Below are positions 23,170 to 34,300 of a stretch of DNA of 64,000 nucleotides, piece after piece. The notes under the pieces are model-generated. The model had not been told where the DNA came from and ran no database searches. It saw only the letters and a list, made by a program, of their open reading frames with translations. The translations under genes and the position numbers were made by a program. The stretch lies in assembly GCA_964036045.1 (NCBI GenBank), contig OZ038379.1:26226001-26290000 (forward strand), in the 5' to 3' direction. Source of the DNA: Eutreptiella sp. 'Long Island Sound 2002' (lineage: Eukaryota; Protista; Euglenida). How positions within the stretch are numbered: position 1 is the stretch's first letter; each line of letters starts with the position of its first letter.

Positions 23170-23823
23170 GTAACATCTCGTTTACAAAGCAGTTGTACTC
23201 GTAACGGGGTTACCTTCACTTATTTTTCATATCATTTCAGACCATCCATGGCAAAGAAAATAGATATACAAACACAATCACTCAAAAAAATGGTAATCCA
23301 TTTTCCAAATCGTAAAGTGAACATTGCGTTATGACAGCAGGTGTACTCTTAACGGAGTTACCTTCAATAACTTTCCATGTCATTTCAAACCGTTCCTCAT
23401 GAACCACGTTGTGCTTCCATCTTTTCCCTCACTTCATTCATGCTCGACTTCCATGGCACCCGTCAAGGTGTACCCTTAACGGGGTTACCTTCAACAACAA
23501 GGGTGACGTTCCATTTAATGAAGCAAACACTCGTATCACTTGCCACCCGCATTTTTATTTGCTTGCACAGGGGGCATGATTCACTGATGATTCAACGACA
23601 CTTCCTCCATTATCTAAAGCAAAAACTGGAATCATTTGCTACTTCCGAAAGCCTGCAACTTCGCCGCATGATGTTGTATGTAGAGTCAACGTTCACTTGC
23701 ATTGACCAATTGCTATAAAAATACGATGAGACATTTCACACATGAATTCCACCACATCAAAATTGGCGTGTCAAATGTTCGTATCATTTGCCACGCACAG
23801 GTGTACTCTTAACGGAGTTACCT
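23170..23823 (+). repeat. Third, more diverged hairpin cluster upstream of the helicase gene
   Basis: Motifs at 23191, 23339, 23466 and 23799. Flanks such as ATCCATTTTC...GTGAACATT are homologous to the 18.2-19.0-kb higher-order repeat. Confidence 0.85.
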
Positions 23824-23836
23824 TCTCTATTACAAA

Positions 23837-26800
23837 ATGCATCCTGCAAATTCGTTCACATTGGCCAAGGTTCAGTCACTACAAGAAGCAGCAATGACGG
23901 CTACGCTTATTATGGCCAAGGAAAACACAGCAAAGCAAGAATTGACCTTCACGGGCGAGTTCAAAGGTTCGTCAACATGGATCACGACATGGGGCCGCTT
24001 CGAATTCGCCGAAGATGACCACATCCGTCTACATCCAGAACCACATTGCCAAGGCCAAGTGCCTTACGAAGGAAAGATCACAACAACATCTGACGATGTT
24101 GCACATGTGACGGTGGACAACGTGTGGGGCATCCCAACGGGGTTATACAGTTTGGAATACGTCCCGGACATGATGCCTGCCGAGTGGGTCAAAGGTGCGC
24201 TAGAATTTTCACCTGAGCCTTAGCATACATTGCAAGTGTTGGCGTCAGGAAGCAATAACAAGCCACTCAACCCCATATCCGAAGACACCATCCAAGCCGT
24301 TGCAGCAGATCTCAAATTGGAACCGTCCCAATGTTTCGCCCTACAGACCGCCATGCGTTCAAAGGTGTGGGCATCCCAACTCCTCATATGCTCCCCAACA
24401 ATGCTCTCCAGCATATCAATTCCTGTTCGTTTCGCGTATTACAACCATTACTATACCCGGTTAAATAATCAAGGCGTCCCCGAATTCCATGCCATTCTCA
24501 ATCTCCTACTCATTCCCTATGTGTTGCAGGTGACTGCCATAATGGGGCCCGCCGGTTGCGGTAAATCCCATGTTTCCTTGGCCATCATGCAAGCGCGTTT
24601 CCTTGCAGCGCAACGCGTGTTGGTCACAGGTCCTACGAACACTTTGGTGGACAATTTGTGCGATGCCTGGGCGACAACCAGCGGTCTCACCGGTCCAGCA
24701 ATCGTTCGATTGTACTCCAAGATTCAACACGATTCCGGAAAAGCAAATGAACTGTACTGTGCCCATGCACTCGCCGTAAGATACCAATTGACAGTGAAGG
24801 AAGTGTTGCACAACGCAACCTTCGTATTCGCAACTAACGCCCTTGCCTTGTCACCCTCTCTACAGGGCGATTTTCACCACCACATTGTTGATGAAGCCGG
24901 ACGCACCAATATCCCTATGGGCATAGCGCTCACAGCATGTGCAAAAAACATCACCTTCATTGGTGATTCAAATCAGTTACATCCCCACACAAACCTTGAA
25001 AAGCATTACGCAAATGAGCTTGAATTAACAACAGAGGACATGTCACGCCTCATCGATGACAGCAAAATAAGCATCTTGCATATGTGTGCAGCAGGTTTGG
25101 TTCCACATGCATGCATCATAGAGCAACATAGGATGAACAAGCGCTTGACGGATTTCATCAATACATTTTTTTGCGGACTTATGGTCGGTTCGGGAGGAGG
25201 ACAAGAGCCCTCTTACACACTGCCAAACAAATCATGCATCAAACTTATCGACACATCAGCCAATGCTGCATTCGTCCCAGTCGATGAACTTTTCAATCTT
25301 ACCTGTTCCGCATTCCAACCTCGTGTTGCCACTTCCGCGTTTTCGAGTATTGCAGCTCGCCACGTGAATGACGTCTTGCATTACGCACAGAACGATTGGC
25401 CAAAAGGCAGTGTTGCTATCATTAGCAATCACTACGAGCAAAATCGCTTGAACAAAGCGCTATTTTCTTCCCATGAGTCCGTGTCCGCCATTGACACTTT
25501 AGGTAGGTTCCAGGGAAGTCAAGCCGATGTCGTCATACTAACCTTGGCTTCCATTCATCCAGGTTTCTTTACCGAAACCACACGACAGTATGTCGCTAGT
25601 TCGCGCGCGCGTCAAGCATTGATCATTATTGGTGAGATCGCGAAATGGAAAGCGCATCAACAGATTCGCCCACTATTTGAGGCCTTGGAGGCAATGCAAC
25701 AAAACGCTTCATTGCCCACCACCCGCGTACACACACTTGCGGCCTTGCCCAAATTCGTGGACAACGCATGTTCCAACGATTGGGTCGTTTGTCGATGGTC
25801 TCCCATGAACGATTGCTGTATGCACGGAACCCTCTATCATGACACCATCATGTCGTCCATTCAAGCATCCCTTCACAATCATTTCAATTCATACTTCACG
25901 GTGAAATTCGGACGCATCCTTCTGCCCGACTGTAGCTGGTTGTTTACCAATATATTGGCCTTTCCTGTACCCGATGTTCCACAATACCAGTCCCTTATTG
26001 ACAGCATGGATGCTGCAGTCTTTCACAATGTAGAATGTCGCCAACTATATGACTGGGAGAGGGAGATTCTACGGGAGATCCCACGAAACTTCCGCAAGAC
26101 TCTCACCCGTCAAAATAAGCGTTACACACTTACAGTACAGTTGGTCCAAGCTCTGTACCACAATTTCTTCACCAAATGCCGTTCCGCATTCCACCATAAT
26201 CTCCTCACTCATTTATACGGATTGCTTCCGCAGCATGGTACATGTGATCAAACCACCCACACCCATGGCTCAAACATCTCTTCCACCATTTGCACTTGGT
26301 GCCATGTGCTTCCAACACCATCACTGTCAAGCCAAATCACAGGCTACAATGCCCCACAAGTGCAGGCCGACCTCATTCACACCTTCATTACAGACGTGGC
26401 CGCAGATGTAACATACTTTGAGCCAACAAAGATTGCCGTGGGATGTCCTTTACAATTTTTCAAGATGGCAAGGGAATTTCTTCCGTTTACCAAATGGCAA
26501 ATGAACGATGATAAGGATCATCGAGGCTTCCCCGGTGGTGGCCGTAGTGTGCAAACAACCCCTCAAATTGCGAAGCTCTTTACACAACTTAACCTGCAAT
26601 CGGGTAATGCCATTTTTCGCAATGTTTTCAATGACACAACTGCAAGTGCAAAGCCTCACATCGATTCTGATTGTTTCCAACGCAATAGGACTTTCCTATG
26701 GCACTTTGGACCTCCTAGCTACCTACGCTGGGGAAATTCGAAGTACCCACTGGAACACGCTGCATTGTATGCTTTTGATGCTGCATGCACTCATTCCGTC

Positions 26801-26845
26801 CCGTTGATGGGTCGTTATAGTTTGTCTATTCGCTCGTGGAACTAA
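23837..26845 (+). CDS. UPF1/DNA2-type SF1 helicase fused to a C-terminal AlkB-like 2OG-Fe(II) oxygenase (1002 codons, one in-frame TAG at 24221-24223)
   Basis: ORFs 23837-24223 and 24230-26845 share one frame. Helicase motifs MGPAGCGKS, VLVTGPTNTLVDNL, IVDEAG, IGDSNQL, EQHRM, FQGSQAD, YVASSRARQAL. C-terminus RNVF...PHID...THSVP...RYSLSIR matches the AlkB N...HxD...H...RxSxxxR pattern. Confidence 0.8.
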
Positions 26846-26932
26846 GCGTCCATGGCATGCACGATGGTGTTGTTGTCCTCGCTTTGGTGGTCGCAGTGAA
26901 CCAACAAGCAACATATTATTGTCGGCTACATG

Positions 26933-27331
26933 CGGTGGTGGCCGTATTGTGCAAATAACCCCTCAAATGGCGAAGCTCTTTACACAACTTCACCTGCAGT
27001 CAGGTAATGCCTTTTTTCGCATTGTTTTCAATGACACAACTGCACGTGCGAAGCCTCACATCGATTTCGATTGTTTCCAACGCAATAGGACTTTCCTATG
27101 GCACTTTGGACCTCCTAGCTACCTACGCCGGGGAAATTCAAAGTACCCACTGAAACACGCTGCATTGTATGCTTTTGATGCTGCATGCACTCATTCCGTC
27201 CCGTTGATGGGTCGTTATAGTTTGTCTATTCGCTCGTGGAACTAAGCGTCCATGGCATGCACGATGGTGTTGTTGTCCTCGCTTTGGTGGTGACAGTGAA
27301 CCAACAAGCAACATATATTGTCGGCTACATG
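26933..27331 (+). pseudogene. 400-bp tandem duplicate of the AlkB-domain 3' end and 3' flank (copy 1 = 26533-26932)
   Basis: ORF 26919-27245 repeats GGGR...RYSLSIRSWN with a few substitutions; offset is 400 nt. Confidence 0.9.
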
Positions 27332-28251
27332 ACAAATCATATGGAGCACATTATATCTCGGGTTGCACGACCCATCAACACTGAGTCAATGCATGACACA
27401 ATCAGAGAATTTTTGCATGCCGCCGTGCGGTGCCTCTTTTCGCTTGCGTGCTACTCAGTGGCCTTTGCAATATTGTTTTCTACATTTCCCAACAATGGTG
27501 TCCCTTGACCGGCATAGCAACCATCAATTCAATCAAACCAATCCTTTGGCGACATCATTGCCAAATTCCATCACTCACTCACTCACATATATGTGCCATA
27601 GTATGCTGCAGTAAGCTTCCGGGAGCAAGTGCACTCTTATCAATGTTATCTTCCCTTCAAAATGACCTCACACATTCGATCGTGACAATGACCAGCACAC
27701 CCCTCCTAACTTGCAAGCAATCTTGACTTCCATCATACATGACAATTTGTTCCGATAAACAATCCGTCCAGGGGTGATCAATTGTTTGATTCATCACTAT
27801 ATAATCAATGCCCCGCACCAAAAAAACGTTGCACCATTACCCAATACACAAGTACGATGCTTTTCCACCCATCAAGCCCAAAGCTTTCGCCACAATTGGT
27901 CATCGACGCCGCTTTCATTGCCATGATGCGACATGATTCCACAAACAATGGTACTATGCACCATTCAACAAATTCCCAAAAGAATCATAAAGGGTAGGCG
28001 TACAAATCCGTCACTATAACCTCCATGATGCGATCCAAGTCAACATACCAATTTCACATGCAAGTGAAGTCTCCTGCACGTCACGTCAAAACAACACCCT
28101 AGCCACCGTTTCCATGCGGTACACTCCAAGTTTTACAAAGGGTCCATTGACCAAATTGTTTCACGGCCTATTGCACCATCCATACACGTCAGCCAAGCCC
28201 ATCTTCCAGCCACAACAGGAATTTCAAGCAACCACTTCCTTTCATCAGTCC

Positions 28252-28453
28252 CAGGATGCTCAAATTAGGGCGTGAAGTCATCAACGCCTTCACTCCATTG
28301 CATTTCGCATTCATTTGTCTTGCTAGGTGTATTCTTAACGGAATTATCATCTCAGGATGCTCAAATTAGGGCGTGAAGTCATCAACGCCTTCACTCCATT
28401 GCATTTCGCATTCATTCGTCTTCCTAGGTGTATTCTTAACGGAATTACCGTCA
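28252..28453 (+). repeat. 101-bp tandem duplication containing the hairpin (28325, 28426) upstream of the F-box gene
   Basis: CAGGATGCTCAAATTAGGG... begins at both 28252 and 28353. Confidence 0.92.
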
Positions 28454-28462
28454 CTACAAAAT

Positions 28463-29707
28463 ATGGACAATACTTCAACCTACGGCGAGCCAAGCAACTA
28501 TCACCCACAATGTATGCCCTGCGTCAAGAACACACAAAATCGTCAAATGAAACGCAATATCAAGATTGCCATGGTCACGACGCCAACATCATTGCGAGAT
28601 TTCCCGAAGGATCTCATGTTGCTAATCGCAGAGTACGCACAGCAAATAACCTCACTCAGCAAGTTGTGCAAAAGCATGTGGATAATGCTCCATGGTTCGC
28701 GCATCATGAACACCGACGCATGGAATTGGGTGACGAAGGATTTCAAACGTATGATTAATGTGCGTCACCTCATGGCTCACTTCAACGACAATACGTTCGC
28801 CTCACTCATTGCGGCAAAGGAATATATTGACAACCTCAACTCCGGTTTCTTCGTCGGTTTGTGCGATCTAATGTTGTGGAGCGATATATCCGGACCATAT
28901 GCAAGCACTGCAATACGGGCAATTAACACAACATTGCGCTCCTCATCACGTACACTGCACACCCTAAATTTATCCTGCTACATGCCGTCCTTGTGCGCCT
29001 CGGTCATGGCAGAGAACCTATTGAATTGCACATCTCTCACAACTTTGGCTCTGAGTTTGCGCATCGCAAAAAATGAAGACGGGTTGGTAACTTTTATGGA
29101 CGATAACACATCTAATCGCCTCTTGAAAGACGTTTTCTGTAAAGGCATGCATATGCTTAATTTCCTCCACCTCGATCTCTCCTCTGGGTCCATCACAAAT
29201 AGTGGTGCATGCGCGTTGGCAAATGAATTGTGCAACGCGCAAACACTTACCCACATGCATCTGGACCTAGGTTACAACCATATAGGTCCACTTGGGGTGG
29301 CCTCTTTATTTCGTTTGATGGGACAATATAAAAAGCTGCAAAGTTTCTATTTGAACGTCTGTGCAAATCAGAAGTGGGGGACCCAAAATGAATTGGCCAA
29401 ACCCTTTTACATCCGAGAACTTGCAACCACTTTGTGTTCCATTCAACTGGATTTCCAAGACATTGGTCTTGTTGACCATAGTGTGATTGACCTCGTCAAC
29501 ACCTTGGTTAACAAATGGAATCCGCAAGTGTTGCAACAAAGCAACACATCCGCACTGCTTTAGCTAAATCTTCTCTACAATTATAATATTGATATGGCGG
29601 GGGTTTGTGCATTGCAAGTGCTAGTAGACCACTTTGCCGTTGACGTGCATACAACAATTTCATGTGATGCATTCGATTCACCCCATTTGTACAGCGACGA
29701 CGACTAG
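28463..29707 (+). CDS. F-box + RI-like LRR protein (TAG at 29561-29563; frame and LRR pattern continue to TAG 29705-29707)
   Basis: F-box-like LRDFPKDLMLLIAEY...LSKLCKSMW. LRRs FLHLDLSSGSITNSGACAL and MHLDLGYNHIGPLGVASL, and after the TAG LNLLYNYNIDMAGVCAL. The ATG is 13 nt after the hairpin. Confidence 0.75.
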
Positions 29708-29823
29708 GTCCTTCGTCGGCAATTCTATGCAATTTAAAGCCAGTTCCCTTCAATTCCAAACTTTTGTAGTAGCAAAGTGTTCCAACCAGTTCAGGTTGCC
29801 ATCCGTGGGAGTTCCCAATGCAA

Positions 29824-29900
29824 TGGTGTACTGCTAACGGAATTACCATCACCTTCATGCCATGTCTAAACCTTGGGAGGAAGGGTTACAACTGTTTCTT
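29824..29900 (+). other. Terminal hairpin followed by a diverged second RepHel start (MSKPWEEGLQLFL), truncated
   Basis: TGGTGTACTGCTAACGGAATTACC + ATCACCTTCATGCCATGTCTAA resembles the left-array tail TTCACATTCACGCCATGTCTAA. The peptide aligns with RepHel MSNRWEHELQQCL. Confidence 0.6.
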
Positions 29901-30110
29901 GCAATGATTACCACGAGACTCGCAAGTAATTCCTTCACGTGTTTTGCCAACTGTGCTTCGTTCCTCCAACACTGCCACGCGGTTACGGTAGATTGCGGTT
30001 TGATGGACATACGTACGGACGGGCTCTTTCTGAGCGGATATAAATTCCCATTAGCCTTCCCCTCCACCTTGTGCACAACTCCCACATAAAGAACCCGCGT
30101 GTCTTTTAGG

Positions 30111-30240
<130 letters not shown>

Positions 30241-30666
30241 TAGGCGCCTTTTTGTAGGAGGACAGCGCCCGTATATGCCCGTAGTCCTTCACGCCTGATG
30301 ACAGAATGAGGCACCGCACTACCACGTAGGCAGACCAGCCTCATTCGGGTTCAGACAGGGAGCAAGCACGTGGGTCAGGCGGCTCATGCGGACCTTACCC
30401 TGTATGCACCAAACCATGATCACGTGTGACAACATGGTTTCACACCGCTCTCGGTGATGGAGTTTGGGCTCTACTGTCTGCTTCCTACCCCAGCACTCTC
30501 TGCGAGTTCGTAGTCATGGCGTATCTCAACATGGGGGGGGGGGGGGGCAGAGGACATGTAGCTTCAAGCACACCGTAACCGGTGGGCTACACACACACAC
30601 ACACACACACACACATTATTTTGCTGTTTGCAGGGGTAGCTGTTGTCATCCTGGCAGGAGCTAACC

Positions 30667-31713
30667 CTAATTGTCTCGATGCATTAGAAAGTCATCATTC
30701 CAGGCTCCGTTAATGCCCTGCACAGCGAGGTCTGGTGGGAGAATCCAGGAGCTGTAACTGCCGTGTTGCCAGTAGGCGTGCTTTCTAAGCCATGTCCCTA
30801 TTTTTGCAACTATGACACACGGGCTCTCAGGCATTTTGCGTGTAACGGGGTGCAGGCATTTTCCCGTCGCGGACACTGCATGGGGAGATGTTTGATAGGC
30901 CCTTTGTACCGCCTTGTGTAACGCTCTTATTGCCGATTCCCACTTGAAGCCGCTTAGTTGAGCCACTTGCATCCAAGTTGAAGCACTCATCAGTTGCCCC
31001 AACCACGATGTTGTCCAACACAAACCGCTTTTCAAGACCCCAGTGAGGATGGAAGGGAGGTATGCTTGGTAGCTGTTACCGGGTGTCATCAGTGGTGGTG
31101 GTGGGCACAGATGTAATCCCATCGGGAGGTTAGTGCCGCTGGTTCCACAAATGCGCACCCTGTGCCGTTCGGACCCAGAACGATTACTACCCCGACTGCC
31201 TTCAGAAACCCCTAAGCAACACCTCCTCGTGCAATGGTCGCAATCAGGTGCAATGCAGTCACACTCCACCTGTCGACCACAGGCCTTGTGGAGGATGCTA
31301 CGAAGCAAGTTGACCAATCTAGCACATTTTTCAGCTGGTGCATGTGTTGCAACCGGAATGTTGTCTCTAAACTGACACAGTGTGACTTTGCCGTATGGCC
31401 CATCCCACAGCGGGAACCCCTCAGTAGAAACAGCCAGGGTACCTAGTTGCCTGAACATGTGCCTATGCACGTACCCTCTCCACATTGAATGCAAGTCTGC
31501 ACCATGGGTTGAAAACGGTCCGCCCATCGGGATGCAATTTGTTCGCATCCATACCGAACCTACAGACCAGCACACATTGCTCCTCTTTAGATCATGCCTG
31601 ACCAGAGTGTTTAGATTGTCCTGATGAATGTACATGAAGCTGTGCGCTGTTACTTTGCCAGCTCTATCGAGTTTCCTATGTGCATGATGGATTGACCACA
31701 TGACATCTTGCAT
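30667..31713 (-). pseudogene. Penelope-like reverse transcriptase (C-terminal part)
   Basis: CIPMGGPFS (GxPMG motif) followed by FRDN at the YxDD position. Confidence 0.7.
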
Positions 31714-33159
31714 GCGCCACCGCTGTTTTTTACTAACCAGTCAGAAGCTTGTTGCATCTCTTCGTCCTCGTTCTCTGAACTGATGTTATTGAACTATTCC
31801 TTACAGTCTAGCTCTGTGAGAGTGGTAAGGTTTTGTTTTGCACACCACGTAAACCAATTTGCAACGTCAGATACGGACAGGCGGAGAAACGCAGCAGGCA
31901 GGTCACTGATTGGGTGGCTCAGGAAGCGGGTGAAGGCTCGGGCAGCAACTCGGAGTTGAGACCGCTGGACGACAGGGCTTGGGCTGGCCGCTATCGGCCG
32001 CCAAAGCCATCATTTCCTTGCTCATAGGCTCCTCGCCTTCTGTATGATATATAGTCTGCACAACTTTGCTTGTTTGTTACGGGACCACCTGAGTTTCTCA
32101 AACAGATCATTGACTGTTTTCGCGAAATCGTTGGCTGAGCTAGCAACTATTTTGTAGCCACCCTGGACCAGGAGTTTTGCCGCCTCCTCCGATACCCACC
32201 GTCGGCAAAAACCCCATAGTTGTCCTGCACCTTTGTGTAGTATACGAAGGTAAAAATCTTGGGACAACTGCTCAGCAATGCGGCACACCCGACACATCGT
32301 ATGCCCTAAGTTCGGAAAAAGTGAGGGAGGTAACAGTTTGTCTAAATCCGGCACCTGTCCCTAGACTTGTCTAGCAAAAGCAGTGACAGCTTTCTTGGCT
32401 GCCTCTCGAGCCAGTTTGCTAGCGATGGGGCTAGGTGGTCTCCGAGACGAAGGACATGTCCCATCTCGTCTGTGATCGTGACAGGAATGAGTGCAATGTG
32501 CCCTCCGGTGTCTACCAGGTTCCCATGGGCCCTGGCTGTGCCAATATGTGCAGAGCAGGTACATGGTGGGCGCTCAATACTCCAGTCCATGCTTGTTGCG
32601 AATTTGCTGAAAACGGTTTGAACAGAATGGGGGCTCGCGTGAACTACCCTCGTGATCTTCTTTACTGCCTGTTTCTCGCACACTTGCTTGTTTGTTGTGC
32701 GCAAAACTCTGTGCATGACGCGCAAAACGGCACACTTCTGTGGAGGAGTGCAGCTAAGGATCGTAACCGATGCCCCTTGAAACACGGGTCTGTCAAGCGA
32801 GCTGAAAAGCTCTGAGTTCTGCCTGCATGCTTTTCTGTCGCGCAAAATCTCTGTCCCATTGTGCCTGTTTCATTTCTTTAATGAGATTCAGGACATGCTG
32901 ATTAAGCCAGTGGTTCTGGCTGACGGTACCTTGGGTCGGGATCCTAGGGGTAACGTCGTTGCAGGCCCAGCGTCTCAGTTTGTACCACCATGCCCTTTGA
33001 CGAATTCCTGTCCACCAGACGTCGGATGTGTACTCTAAAACTGCAATACCCCACCCTGCTTGGCTTGTTTTCTGCATCCATGTGTGCGGGGACGTGTCGT
33101 CTGTACTTGCAGCAGCGTCGATCCTGTGCTTGCGTAGCCTCTGTACCGGAGGGATACAC

Positions 33160-33160
33160 A

Positions 33161-33223
<63 letters not shown>
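33160..33223. repeat. (CA)n microsatellite
   Basis: Direct reading. Confidence 0.95.
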
Positions 33224-33559
33224 ACGACGAGAACCGCAAACAAGAACCGAGCAAGAAAAGAGGTGAAAGAAAACTACTCACGAACACCAGAGCTGTCCTA
33301 GATGTCTTTCCGTCTGTTGGTAGAGAAATAGCAAATGCACATCTGGGCAGTGGGTTCAGCGCAACACTGCATGTGCTTGAGCCCTCGCCTACTCCCTTAT
33401 TCCGTTTTGCACCGCGCGACCGACCAGGAAATACCCCTTGGATGAGTTCGTGTTAATGATAGCCCAAAATATCGACCTGTGTTAGGTGCAACCACGCAAC
33501 TATACACACACAAAAAAAATCGGCCATGGGGATTAGATGGAGGAGAGGGATAGCAGGAG

Positions 33560-34300
33560 ATGCATCTCTCAACATTAGGCTGGTTCGTATCCTTCTGGCT
33601 GGAATGTGCTGGGGATGACGGTGTCGGTATGCCGCGTTCCGTCCCACTCCGCGTTTCGTGTAAGCCAGTGGATCGGCCTGGTGATCACTGTCGTGTGGTT
33701 GCACGGTTGGTGTGGCGATGGCATAAACCACGTGCATAGTGTTTTTCCGCACCCCACGGGGATGCACAGCACACATGGCGCACAGCTTTATGCAGAGCTC
33801 GCATGACAACCATGCGGCCGTAATCACTTGCTAGGGCCACTTGCGCCCAGGCCAGTACAGAAAGAATTTGTGCAGCCCACGTTGTATGCCAGGGCGAGGC
33901 ACCCGCCAGGTTGCTAATAAAAATGCAGGGGAGGTACTCTAGGGCCGCCCCGCAGGGGGTGATCAGGGGTTTTCCGTGTCTGAGCGCCCATGTGTCCGTG
34001 AGTGACGATGGGTGTGCCCGACTGGTTCCTACCCCGCCCCCCACCAAGGCTCATATTGTATTGCTGAGGCAAGCACCCTCGCAACCCTCGCTACAGCCCT
34101 CCTGTCAAGAGGACTGGTCGGTGTGGCCATGGTGTGCACACATGCCAAACCCTGGAGTAGGGCTGCTTGGGATTGTAGGTCAAACAGCATTCTCGTCCGT
34201 GGCAAGGCTGCATACAGACATGGGACCGATAGCTAACAAGTAGACCGATCGAAACTTGCAAAGGACTCTACAAAGAGGGTTCAAAGTGCGTGATGGATGC
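33560..34300 (-). mobile_element. Penelope-like fragment B (more decayed)
   Basis: KFRSVYLLA, GKPLITP and WHTTWAAQILSVLAWAQVAL parallel the RT C-terminus of copies A and C. Confidence 0.55.

Larger units (their letters stand above)
9325..29900 (+). mobile_element. Large Helitron-like rolling-circle element with cargo genes and hairpin arrays
   Basis: Contains a Rep-PIF1 helicase gene. All genes are on +, have unbroken coding regions and share one upstream hairpin motif that was not seen elsewhere in the window. Exact termini are not resolved; the left end abuts another repeat and the right end abuts a Penelope-like fragment. Confidence 0.8.

Noticed and set aside
27340-28250. Additional cargo gene between the AlkB duplicate and the F-box gene
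   Set aside because: Only short ORFs in shifting frames, no hairpin leader and no recognisable motif; may be a decayed gene.
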